Assembly (NCBI GenBank): GCA_009602725.1
Contig: WELB01000014.1
Location: 47,467 to 111,279 of the forward strand
Direction: 5' to 3'
Source of the DNA: Spirogloea muscicola
Taxonomy: Eukaryota
DNA length: 63,813 nucleotides
A program made the translations under genes and the position numbers. Position 1 is the first letter of the stretch. Every line of letters starts with the position of its first letter. Below, piece by piece: positions 12,308-24,911 of this stretch. The notes under the pieces were generated by a model. That model saw only the letters and a program-made list of their open reading frames with translations, made no database searches and was not told the origin of the DNA.

Positions 12308-15300
12308 GTGTGCGAGGGCTGCGCCTGTTGCGCCTGGCTGGCCACTGTGCTCTGTGATGGCATGCTGGGAGCAGCAGCGAGGCCCTTATTGGCCTGCTGC
12401 TGGCCACCTGCTCCGCCAGCCCTCTGCTGCTGCAGCAGATGCGTGGCGGCGCCAGCGGAAGTCGGCCCTTGCTGCGGCAGGCTCATGGGCGCTGACATGC
12501 CCATGAGCGCAGCGGACTGTGCCATGAGGCTCCCTTGGCCACTGGCAATGGCTGAAGAGGGCGGCATGGCGCCCAGGCGCACACTGCCGCCGCCGCCGCC
12601 GCCGCCACCGCCGCTGCTCATCGTGCCCTTGTTCGCACTGCCTACTCCGCCCTTGAGCGCTGCCGCTGCCGACTGCTGCTGCTGCTGCTGCTGCTGCAGT
12701 GCCTTCTGCTGCTGCTGCTGCTGTAAAGGCATTGCCTGCAGCTGCTGATGCTGCTGCTGCTGCTGCTGCTGCTGCTGATGTGGTGCTGCCAACAGCTGCT
12801 GCTGCGGCTGCTGTTGCTGCTGCTGAGCTGCGAGCAGCAGCTGCTGTTGCTGCTGCTGCTTTTGCTGCTGCTGCAGGCGGTCCTTAGCAAGCCGGGATGC
12901 GTTGGCCATGTACTGTTGCTGCGCTGGTGTCAGGCCCTGCATTACGCCACCAGTTGCTCCCAACAGCGCCGAAGCAGTCGCAGGCTGCCCGCCCACGGAG
13001 CCCGCCACAGCACCTGCAGAGCTGCCCGTGATCTGCTGCAGCGCCTGTGCCGCTTGCAGGCTCCCCTGCGCTGCCTGCTGCTGCAGGTTGGCAATCAGCA
13101 GGTTCCGCTGGTGCACCTGCAGCCTTCCCGACTGAAACAGCACAGCAGGGGCAGGGGCTCAGTCTGGCTGACATAAGCAACTGTGCTCAGTGCTTCGAGC
13201 TCAGGCATGCTAGTAGAAAACCCGTCAGCCTCACCCAAACAAGTTCTTATTTATCGACTCGAACCTAAGTGGATATACCAAAGAAGTAGTGATGCAGGCG
13301 AGCATACAGCAATGTGAGGCTCTTGCAGTGGAAGCCTTTCACCAAGATCTGGCAGCAAGCCCCTAATGCGGCAACGACAAACACCAGACAGTGCTTTCTA
13401 GTCTACAACAGGACTCCTACACCAGACCCAGTATGTAGACTGTCTGAGGTTCATGAGTCCATCCCACAGGTCTAGCAATACACGGCCTTTGAGGGAAGCT
13501 CCAGGAGGAAGCTGTTGTAATCCTCACAAGGCGCCAAAGCTCATTAACAGATCAAAGCCTCAACTCAGAGTCCAAATTTCAAGGCATGGGCCCCACCTGA
13601 GCCAGTGCAACAATCTCGGCGGCTGAGGCCTTCCGCCGCATCCCGCCAGGCAGCGGGAGCGTGATCCCTGCGGATGCCTCTGGCGCTAGCATATTCGGGA
13701 AGGACGGCACTCCGCGAGGGGACCCGCCCATGCCCATTGTGTCCGCGCCGCCGCTTGGCAGGCCCATGCTTGCCACCAGCTGCTGCTGCTGCTGCTGATG
13801 CTGCTGCTGCTGCTGCTGTGGCTGCGGCGGCGGCAGTGTCGCTGTCGCTGCCAGCTGCTGCTGTTGCTGCTGTGTTTGCTGCTGCTGATGCTGCTGCTGC
13901 TGCTGCACAGCAGCAGCCCTTGCATACCGCAGCTGCTGTGCTGCATCTGCAGGGTTGCTAACTCGCAGCTGACTTGCCATTGGGTTCCTGCACCATACAT
14001 TACAGAATATGAAGCTCAGGGACTGACTGTGCATGTCATTGGCCGTACACTGCTGTGACAGTTGGTTCTGATGTACACCACACACAGAGACTCTATGAAG
14101 CCAATCAAATTGTAACCAGATGAGGTGATATGTAGACATCTGCATGAATGATTTCTTGAGTGAACTAATAGAAGCAAGGTGAGCAATGGCTCATTTGTGC
14201 AGAGACAAAACATCAGCCCGCTCACAATACAGCAAGGTCAAGGGACCTTGAGTGCAACACACCTTCCGACGGTGGACGTGGGCATGGGCACGGCCAGAGC
14301 GTGTGCTGCGAGCTGGGTTGGTGTGGCAGCTGTTCCCATATGGGGCGGCAATCGGGGCCGCTGCGCATACTGGGAGCCAAAGTCTAGCCTTGGCGGCTGG
14401 GTGGGCAGCCCCCCCGCCAAGCCTGGCGCCGCCTGCGAGTAGAGAGGCACCGCAGCAACCTCCCCTGACGTGACCGCTTCCTCGAGCAGCTCCAGGGGCC
14501 TGCCACTCTCCCAATGTGGCAGCAGTTAAGACATGGTGAGAACCACTATGAGAATGAAGGTCTTTTATCGTCCATAGTCCCTACTCCTTGATAGGTTTAA
14601 GAAGAGTCTGCAATGATCAGCAAACGGCCTACCCAAGTCTTGCCAGTCTTAGAGACAAAATTTCGCTTTGTGTCAGGGGGACCCAAACATAGATTGGATT
14701 GACAGCATCCTTAGATCTTCACAGGACCAGGATGCGTACATTGGCAGAGCCATCCCACTGTTGCTGCTTGTGATTGCCTGGCTGACGACGTGGCTGTGGG
14801 AGATGTGGCATGAGCACAGGTCCTTTGGCCTCTGAGCCTCCTCCTGAGATTGGCCACTTTTAGAGTCAGTGAGTGAACCATGGACAGACTCCAATTCAAG
14901 CAGGAAGCTTTCCATTTCTGGTATCTGCAAAGCTCAGGTCTGTAGACATAGAAGAAAACTTGGTTTCAGGCTGTCCTACAAGAGGAACTTATCAGTCAAC
15001 AGACACTAGGGCCACATGTGATAGAATATATCACAACAAACCTTAAGTCCAATACTTTCACCGGCCCCCACATTGACTGCTTGCGGCAGTGGGTGGGCAA
15101 GCCGCTTCACCTGAGCCTTCCTCTTGATGCGTCGCAGATGCTCCAGGCGCACAATTTCACTCAGGTGCTCCTTGAGGGTGTCCTCCTCCTGCGGGTGCAA
15201 CCTCTGCAGAAGAGCTCTTGCACTTCCCTGGAGCAACCAGCGCTGGAAATTAGAGTCAAATGTCATGCAAAGAAACCCTCAAGCGTCTCTCCTCTGTACA

Positions 15301-18300
15301 CATCAACAGCAATGAATAAATCTCGCATGAACTTGCTTGGCACTTATATACCAGCAATCTAGCAACTCCGGCGTCAATTGTGAGAAAGCTATGCCATATA
15401 TCCACGTGACTTCAATCAGGTGCAAGAAGAGCAAAACATTCGACAAGAATTCAGCTTCGGTGGAATTCCCAAGGCCCCAACCTTGAGCTCAACCCTTGGG
15501 CGCCCCTGACTCAGCTGCTAAGTATAGCATGATGGAGTGCTTTTCTCAATATCCTGATTGATTAGTTGCACTGTGATTAATTTTCAGTGCATCCGTCTGA
15601 AAAGGATGAAGGGCAAGCTGGACCTTGGGAAGGCCAGGGAATGCTCCACCCCGCTGGTCATCAGAAGCTTCGTCTCCCTCTCCCCCTTCCAGCTTGTCTA
15701 TCAAAGCCTTGTGACGGTCTCGGCACTGCTTCGGCTTCCGATAGACGCCCTGCAGATCATCACGTCATTCCAAAGTGACTCAGGGATACCTGGCAAGGTC
15801 ACTCTCGCCTTCCTATATGGCTGATGCAAGTGTGCTATGAGCAGCTAGTCTAGATCAATGGCAGGGTATGCTCAGCTGACAATGACCATCCTTTGGGTGC
15901 TCCAGATTGTATAGTACAAACCTTGAGCTGCGTGATACTTCCGAGGACGTCGCTTACAAGATCCCAATTTAAGCCAAGGTCGTGAACCATGGCAAGGAGG
16001 CTCTGTCACACCTCGAGTAGACTTGGTCAGCCAGCAGTGCCCCTTTCTCTTCAACCTGATAATACAGAATGGAGAGTCTCTGCTCTACTTGAAACATGGT
16101 AACCCTGATGGAACAACTGCACTCCCCAAAGCAGCAAGGTTGCACGATAACCCCCTTTGTAAAATGCTGGACAGAAGTAAACAGACTTGCTGATGCAATC
16201 TCACCTTGTCTTCCTCGCCTGACCATGGCAATGATCCAGCAGCAGCCGAAGATTGCGTCTGCAACAACAAGCACAGGAGCCCCCAAGCATGCGCGGCTAA
16301 CTTTCAGACGAAGCAATGGGGAAGCTGGAAGGCTGCTTGTCATGATAGAAGTAGGCATTTACAGCTCTGAGGTCACAATAATCCCATATCAACACTTGCC
16401 AGAGCTCAATTGCACAATAGGAGGATCTGACGCTGATGGATTACGGACCTTCTTCTTGTGCTTCTCGCCCTTGCGGCCGCCCTTCTCCTTGCTGAGCTTG
16501 GCACCGGCCTTGTCAAGAGGCAGATGCTCGTCGCCCTCCGCAAGCCGCGCCCTCAATAGATCCTCTGAACCGCCTACCTCCTTATTGTGATGCTTGCCTT
16601 GCTTCTTATGCGTTGGCGCAATTGTGGGCGAAACGAACACTGCACTCTTTTCTCCGGCTGCAAAATAGAGGACCCAGAACATTCTTAGAAGGCCGCGCAT
16701 GCTAGAGCACGCTCAAATTTGAGGACAGAGCCTCCAGGTCAAAACCATTTGCACTGCACCTGACAAGTAGAAGCCATCCAAGGAGTGCTTGTGCTCCTTG
16801 TCTCCTTTCCGCTTCATCTGCACAGGAGATCGGCAACACCAGGGAAGCCTTACTTCTTCGATTCCACTTCAAATAGGGTACAGCCTCTCATGCAATTGCA
16901 TGAAGCAGTATTCTTGTTATGACTTGCGCAGAGAATAAGTTAACATCTTAGTTTCAAACTCCTCAACAAGCTAACTGTCAGCAAGGGCAGAGTGTGACTT
17001 CCAACCCCAACTCCTAACATTTCATCTCGTATATTCAACCTGACTTTTAGTCATCAATATAAGCGACTGCACAAGACGATCCACGTTACTAGGATCTATG
17101 CAGGTGCCTTACCTTCTCCATTTGCCCGTGCAGGTCCATCACCGGCTCCATATCTCCAACCTGCAGGGTACTATTGCCTTCAACTTAGCAGTGGTGTTCA
17201 GTTGACAACAAGGACTGCTCATCATTGTCCAACTTCGAAGGTGATTGTATCTCCAACTTCAAGGGTGATCATATTCTCAAATTCATTCATGCCGCGCACT
17301 TGACCGGAAGCCAATTAAACCGGATGCTTCTCATCGAGCATCATGCATGCAGGAACATAAAAGAAGGTTGGACCAGCGCTGCCACTGGCAACACAACCGA
17401 CAATGAAATCAACAGATCACAGATACTCCTGATCTGCACACCTTGGAGACAGTGCGTCGAAGGTTAGTGATGATCGGGGACTCGGCGGCAGCATCGGACG
17501 ACGTGGAGCTCCTGCCGCCGGCAGTGGACCCGCTGTTGATGGCCCGCAGCTTCTGCTTCTTGGCGTGCTTGCTTTTGGAAGCAACGTCGCCACCGCCGAG
17601 GTTGGAGACCATTGTGGGCATGCGCTTGGCAATGCCAGCGCCGTCCCCGGGCTTGGAGCCTGGAGGGCCGGCCATGGCACCCGGGGCCTGGCCGATGGAC
17701 GGGGGCTTGATGGGTAGGAGGGAGGCCGGGGAGGAAGCCTGCAGGTGGCCGTCGGCGGGACGCTGCATGGCCTGCGACGCCCGTGGAACGCGCGGCGCGC
17801 TCGTGCGCTGCTTCTTCGTGAACGACCCCATGCCCATGGAGACGGGCGGCGCCGCCGCCGCGGCCGTCGGCTCCTGAGCCGCCGCGGCTGGCAGCGGCTG
17901 GCTGGACTTGTTGGCGGCGGGCACGGGCTCCCTCCCGCCAGCGCCATAGCTGGCGCCGCCGCTCTTCACGACCACCTTGAGTGGCGGCCCGTCGCGGATC
18001 TTGCGCTTCTTCTTGGGGGGCACCGTGCCGCTGCTGGGCGAGCCGTCCAGGTGGTGGTCCACTGGCAGCCTGCCGTTGCTGTGGCCCTCCAGGAGGACGT
18101 CCATGTGGGCTGCGTCCACCGCCGCCTCCACCTGGAGCTGCACCTCCTCCTCTGACACCGCCTTGGCGTGCTCCTTGGCTTTCTGTGCAAAGTCCTGGCA
18201 ACGGATTCCCAGCCAACCCACAGAGCTTTCAGTCGTACGACAAAAGCTCCAGTTCCTAATAACGAACAAGGAGTTAACAGCAACAATACATTCTACTCTA

Positions 18301-21300
18301 TAATTACTGTGAGATAGTCACTGGCTCAGACTTGGCTACTCTGACCTGACAGCTTAAGCACACACACTTGCATCGAGGCCTGCCTAAACCCACAACAACT
18401 GCAACCAGTGTCGTCCTCACATACCAACAAGCGCAACACTACCAAATGTTAACAGACGCTAAGCAAAGCACTGCACGTAATTCAAAGTTTGCAGCGTGCT
18501 TAGTAAGAGGGACATCTCTATTTGACTCACGGCTTCACTTGCTGCCCACTGCCGCTCCAGGGCATCTCTATATGCAGCCACAGCGCCAGGCGGCACCAAG
18601 AAGTACAACGGTTCCTGGGGCAAGGAGCACGCACATGCTCTATGAGAGCAGCCAGCTACGTAAGCAACGTATGTGTTTCGTGCTTGATCCCCTTTGAGCG
18701 CTTGCAATCAGCATCAATTTGCATACTTCGTATGGAGCTGAATAATTAGCATGCCAGAGTGAAACCTAACCCCAAATCCCAACACACTTCTTTTCTTACA
18801 CACTTTACACATTTTATAACCCGACCCTAGCGTCAACGTGTTTCATGTAAGAGGTGAACGGTTTGACAGGGGAGGTGCCACCTCCAACACAGGCACAAGA
18901 TGAGTCTACTTGCTCAATTATGTCCATACCTCCGTGAATTGCTCCCACAGGTCCTCCTCAAGGGGCGGCGGCTCCCGGTGCCGCACAGGCGTTGCCGGGC
19001 CAACTTCATGCCAGCTTTTCGCCTCATCATCTTCTCTCGCACGTAGCAGGCAAAGAGCATACTTCTTCACCTGCATTCCCTTCTTCTTTTGAGGATCATT
19101 GACGATCGGCACCTCCATGGACGACAGGGAGCTTGACTCGCCCTTCTTGGCCTCGGCCGCTTCTTTCGTGGGGACTGCGTCGCTTGCCTGTCAGAGTAGC
19201 ATTTGCCTCCTTGTAAGTACATCATTGCAGCATTGGTAATTGAGCAGAGCAACAAGCCGCTGCATTTAGTAAAAGAGGGGAAAAAGATGCGAAGTATTTG
19301 ACCAATAACTAGCTGATTCACAGGTACATGATAAACTTATATCAAATAATGCAGAAAATCAATGCTTGATACAAACCACCTACAAACCTGTCCCTCTGGT
19401 ACTACTCTTCAACAGAAAGAGTCTGGACTTTGACATGCAGGACTAGCGATTCGAGGTTGAGGCTTGCATTTTCTGCCTTGACGAGAAGCTTCGCATGTGC
19501 CTAGATTGCTATGAGGACCATCGGCGAGGCCACTCACTGTGAGAGTTTTGGAGTCACTGGCACTGTTTGCAGCCTCTGCCATTGTCGCTGCCTCCTTTGT
19601 ATCCTGCCCGGGCTCTTGGCCTACAATCGATGGCTCTGCAAGCTCGGCATCACCACCTCGCTCCTTGTCCTCACGCTGAGCCCTGCCTTGCGGCAGACAA
19701 CTGACCTGTGCATCGGCAACGGCCTCCACCTGCCGGTGCTCCTCTTGTGCACTGGGTGTCGCACGCGCGGCCTGCCAGAAGCCCTGCACAAGGCCTGCCA
19801 GCCTCGCGGCAGCGCACCGCTGCTGCTGCTCCAGCTCGCGCTGGCGGAACTCCTCCGGGCGCCGCGCCTGCGCGACCCACCGGCTCACCTGCGCGGCGGC
19901 CGCTCTCTTCCACAGCCTCTCCTGGAAATAAACAAGCAATAACAGGAAATGGCGTCAATTCTAATCATGATTCCAAGGCGACGCTTCATGCGCTAAAGAG
20001 CTAATAGATGGTGCCAAGATCATCCAAGCTAGATCATGCATGTTCAAGTCCCATCAGCTTTACTATCACAGCGCAGGTGGCTCAGCTATGGCAAGCTGGG
20101 CTGCCTTCCAAGGATATTGGGCTGCGCCAGCTTAGCCCATAAGATAGAGGTCCTAGACCACTGGCCAGACACTGATGGCACCTGCGCAAAGTCGTTGGCA
20201 AGCCATGCCATCTCCTCGAGGACATAGTCCCACTGGCACTTCCGCCGAGGGGTCTCTGGTGCCGGCCGCCGGCGCGCCCAGTCCTGCCGCTGACGCTGGG
20301 CAGCCTGCAGCAGCGCAGTGCAGATTCTGTCAGCCTCTCTATGATCACGCCTATAACGACTGCTCCTCAGGTCAACATGGAGCTGCCCACAGCATGAGTG
20401 GCGGCTGGCCGTTGCTTTGCCATGCAGAAGCGACAATCTATCGAGATCAGGCTGGCGGACCTTGATGGCCTCAGCCTCCTCGAGGATGAAGTCCTCGCGG
20501 GCCTTGCGGGCAGCGCTCGCCAGCTCCGTGCGGCGCCGCTCAGCCTCTGCCTGCGCGGCGGGGTCCTTCTCCTTCTCCCACGGCAGCACCACCTTGCCAG
20601 AGGCGGTCGCTGCACTGTTGCTGCCGCTGCGACCGCCCCCCTCGCTGCCGCTCGCCCGCGGCGGCGGCGTGTGGCCGGCTGTGATTGTTCCCAGCGCGCC
20701 GTGCTTAGCTGTCGCCTGCAGCGGGTGCCGCGCACCGCCGCCGTCGTCTCCGCCTGCGCCATCCTGGCCAGGCAGCGCCGCCTCGCCGTCCTTCAACGCC
20801 TGCTTCCGCCCCTCATCGCCATCGTCGGGGAGTGGCTCCTGCTTCACCAGCACCTGGATTGGCACCAATGTGTCGAGCTGCGGCGCTGGCACCAGAGGCA
20901 GCAAGCTTGCTGCCACAAGCTTGCTGCCATTGCCAGGGCAGCCACCGCTGCCAGCTTGGTTGTCAGCCTCCGCAGCAGCGTCGCCCTTGCCCTGCGGCTG
21001 CTGCTTCAGTGGGCTCGCCGCCCCCACGTCCACAGGCACCGCCACAGCCTCTGCAGTCATCATCTGAGCGTGGTTCGCCGCTGCCGCCGCGCCGAATGAC
21101 GAGTCCCCACCGCCCACCGACACGACCACCGACTTGGGCTCGTCGACGCCCACGCGCTCGACGAGCACGGTGACCTCGACCGCATCGCCGCTGCCCGACC
21201 GCTCCTGATTGCCGTCATCGCGTGAGACATCCGCCGACTCCTCGAGCTGCATTTGAGCAGCATCATCAACTGCTTGCAAGCAGGCTGGCGCAGTGGCGAC

Positions 21301-22880
21301 GTTGTCCTGTGGAGCTTCGGCGGCAGAGCCCTCCTTGAGGTCATCAACACAACCGTCTTCCTTTGGGCGTGCCTCAGTAGCCTCCTCAGCGCCATCCGCC
21401 TCTGCAGTAGCCGGTGGCTCCTCCACGGCGGCAAGGCCATCGCTGGGGCCATCATCCAGCACGCTCCTGCCGGCGGCATCGACGGCCGTCGAAGCTGGAG
21501 CTGTTGCTGCACTGTCTCCTTCTCCAGCGGGCTTGGATGCCGATGGCGTTGCTGTTGATGCCGGCCCCTCGAGCACAGCATCTGGAGCAGCGATCAGTGG
21601 GGTGGAGGCTTTCAGAGCACCTCTGTCATCGTGACCATCGCGGCGTGGCGGTGCAGCGCTCGCCACCGCCAACGGGCTGCTGGCAGTGTCCCGCTCGCTG
21701 AGCACCAGTGGTTGGGCATGGGTCAGGGGCCATCATGCACGTACAGCGACGGCCATTGATATAAAGTGGCGCAGCTTGGGTGCACCACAGGTGAGACCAG
21801 GCGGGCAACTCGGCAAGGCTAGCAGGCAGGGACCAGTACCCTGCAGGCTTGAGGGGATGCGCGTCCAGAGGAGCTTCCGGCAGCGGCGTCGGCACAGCCA
21901 CCGGCGACGGCTGTGGCGGCGGCGGCGACGATGGCGGCGGCAACGACAACGGCGGCGGCGGCAGCGACGACGGCGGCGGCGACATGGGAGGATCCGCGAG
22001 CGGCGACGGCGGGAAGAACTCGAGCAGGTCGCCGCCCTGCACACGGCGACCGGAGACACCGAGTGGTCGAGGCGGTCAGAGCGATCTCGCCGACGACGCG
22101 CACAGCACCCAGCGAGCCGTGAGACGTCACCGTGCGGTGGCGTCCCAAAGCTGAGGCGCAGCGCAAGAGCCGGGACTACTTGTTGCGAGATACATCTTGC
22201 AAATGATCACAACAATGACAACAGATAAGCCTCTTCCAAAGTGGCGTTGTTAATCACTACGCCATTTTTATTAGGCCTGGTGCCGTCAAATTGCACGAGC
22301 CCCCAATAGGCTCTAAGCACGGCTAGAGAGCGGCGGGCGCCAGCGCAAAGGCTCAGGCTCGGCGGGGCTCTGCTCGGACGGCCTCCTCACCTCCTCGAGG
22401 AACTTGAGCTCCCGCCGCTGCTCGTCCCGCGCGGCGATCCTGCGGCTGCGCCACAACGGCAAAAGGAGCGGAGCTTGCCCTCAGCACACAGACCGACACA
22501 TGGTGTCTCTGGTGGCCAGTCGGTGCCTCGGACATGGGCCGAGGTGGCCCCCGCCGCCATGGCTGGCCAGCTGCGGCCTCAAACCCGAAGCTATGGAAAT
22601 TGCGGCTACGGCGAGCCCATTGCCAAGCCGGGGCCTGCGGGCCAGGCGGCGGCCGTACAAGGCATGGAAAGGCTTGGCCCGGCAGCGCCGCCGCAGAAAA
22701 GGCCCCCGAAGACCGTCGCCCGTCATATGCGGCGCCGAGTGCGGCGAACGCCACACGCGGCAGCGAGCCGGGGCTTGATCCTAGATACCTGAGCTCGTGG
22801 CGGAGGGCCTCGAGGTCGACGGGGCGGCCTTGCGGCTTGGCCGGAGCCGCGCCGGCGGCGGCGGCGTCGGCCCCGACCAT
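11382..22880 (-). CDS. EAF1: EAF1-like NuA4 scaffold / chromatin modification protein (HSA + Myb/SANT, Q-rich C-terminus), multi-exon
   Basis: ATG at 22880. N-terminal LRHELR|..ARDEQRRELKFLEE|GGDLLEF. HSA region AREDFILEEAEAIK..RRKCQWDYVLEEMAWLANDFAQ|ERLWK (about 20500-19800). EPLYFLVPPGA. SANT PWSGEEDK|SLLAMVHDLGLNWDLVSD|GVYRKPKQCRDRHK (about 16260-15625). GSARALLQRL..EEDTLKEHL. The last exon and stop at 11382 are tentative. Confidence 0.9.
12200..13910 (-). repeat. (CAG)n poly-glutamine tracts in EAF1 C-terminal exons
   Basis: Multiple (CTG)n runs on + at about 12200-12220, 12280-12306, 12673-12873 and 13780-13905. Confidence 0.95.
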
Positions 22881-23389
22881 GGAGCCAGCTCGAAGCCGCC
22901 ACGTGCTACCCCGCCGCGCTCCCCGCAGCCGCCGCCTCCGCCGCCGCCGCCGCCGCCGCCGCCGGCCCCGCCCTAAACCTAGGCCATCCTCAGGCACGCA
23001 GCGCCCGCCGCCGCATGCTCGGCGGCAGAGGTCGCCTGGCAGCTCCCGGTACCGCACGGCGCCACCGCCGGCTCCGCCGCGCGACGCGGCACGGATACGG
23101 CCGCGGAAGCCGCCGTGAGTGCCGCCGCGCGGCGCGCACTGCCCTCGTCGTCGAGCTCGGGCCGCACAACCCTAATTCACGACGGCGGGGAGGGAGCCTC
23201 GAGGCGGGCAAGGGGCCGGGGGAGGCCGTGGTGCGATTCGCATGCGCTCCCGTCAGAACGAAGCCATTACCGGCACCGCACCTTGATCACATTCGTGCGC
23301 GAATTCTCCCCGGGTCGGGCCAACCGCGGCCCGTGGCGCCGTAGTGCCCATGGCGAGCCGACGCCGTCGGAACAAAGGAACTTTGTGAA

Positions 23390-23610
23390 GGCTGCTGTTA
23401 CTGCTGTTGCCACCAGCCCTGTTGTTGTATTCGTCGTCTTTGCTGTTGGTGGTGGTGGTATTTATACTCGTTGTTGTCGTCGTCGTCGTCGTTGTCGATG
23501 TTGCTGTTGTCGTTGTCCTCCTCCTCGTCATCGTAATGGCTCGTTGCGCTTGTCATCAGCATCTTTGACCATGTTCTGCCTTGTGGTGCCTTGTGGTGGT
23601 GTGTGATCCG
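23390..23610. repeat. Low-complexity (GTT/GTC/GGT)n tract in the intergenic region
   Basis: Degenerate trinucleotide runs gttgttgtcgtcgtcgtc and ggtggtggt. Confidence 0.7.
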
Positions 23611-24911
23611 TTTTGTGGTTGTCAAAAAGTCGGTCATTCTCTGTTGTGATTGATATCGTGTTGTTCCTGTTGCCAGGCCCTTAATTACTTGCTGGCCGCT
23701 ATGCATCGCGCCTAAGCTCCTCATTGCAAGCCCTTTCGAAGACCAGGGCTAATTGCAGCAGAAGTGGCTCATTATGAAGAGCAGGTGCTAAATGACACCT
23801 AACTCCTAGACTCGCAGGTAATGCTGCCTATGAACACAAAGTCATCTTGCTCGCACTTGCCATACACACCTGTCATGCACACGCACAAAGCGCGCCCAGC
23901 TTTTGAGAGAGACTGAGCTGCACCTCTTGCAGACTGCCTACTCCAGCCAATGACGCCGATGTGGTTATGCTTTTCCCATCATTCAAGGTCACTTGAGCAA
24001 TGATCTACTCAATTGATGCAGATTAAGGCTCGACATGTTGGAGCGCTTGGCTGCCTGACAACCTGAGCAACTCAGCTATAATGACAAAGCAGGCCTAGCA
24101 TAACGCTCCTTGTCTTAATAATCACTAGAGCCAAGGGAGGATAATGATCATCTTGACATGCCTTCAAACGTGTCCTTGAACGTTTTTATCTGCCTGCAAG
24201 CAGGCCTCCAATCCACAATATGATCACCCGGTCTCGAGTGTGTCGCAGAGACGATTTGACCACTGGACACTGGCGACTGTATAAACGTACTTTTTGCTGT
24301 GAAAAGCTGGCCAGGGAAGTGGTGGTTGACATGCATGTTGCATTGACTTCTTATCAACCACAATCGCGTCATGTAGCACAAGAAGACAGTTCCTGGTATT
24401 GTTATTACTCTGACTTACAGCTCGTGACTACCCTTACATAATAACTGTCTTCTTAAGATGATAGATGCCGTGTATGGCTGTGCTGGATTTGAATGAATCT
24501 AAACATGAACACAGCACGCAATAAGATCCCAAGAGTACGGCACAACATGACGCTATGCGTCCTCACATGTCCTCACATCATCCTAGGGAGGTTCTTGCAG
24601 TGCAGAAGGATCATGTATCTCCCCTCCGGAAATCTACAAGTCTGGAAACTTTCAGATTTCTGTTTGACCCGCCATAATGTCATGTTTTCCTGCCGTTCTG
24701 AGACTCGTCATAGGCCTTCATAGCTGAATGTAGCCAATGAAAGCTGCAACTTAACTTTGAGCAGGCACACAGCAACAACTGCTCTGCTGCCACAGTGATA
24801 GCTAATCAAAGGCCAGGTTGGCTGGTTCGAATTGGAGGTTACAATTGCCGAATACGGCTGGAAAGCAGAGAATACAACACTAGGAAACTCTACATATTCA
24901 CCCCACTTACG

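Noticed and set aside
11382..19300. A separate Q-rich gene (e.g. TIME FOR COFFEE-like) downstream of the HSA exons
   Set aside because: The exons continue the plant EAF1 motif order (LYFLVPPGA, SANT, GSARALLQRL), so this is one gene.
11600..23600. Many long poly-Cys, poly-Ala, poly-Arg and poly-Ser ORFs in the six-frame track
   Set aside because: These are shadow frames of (CAG)n/(GCC)n coding repeats in GC-rich DNA.
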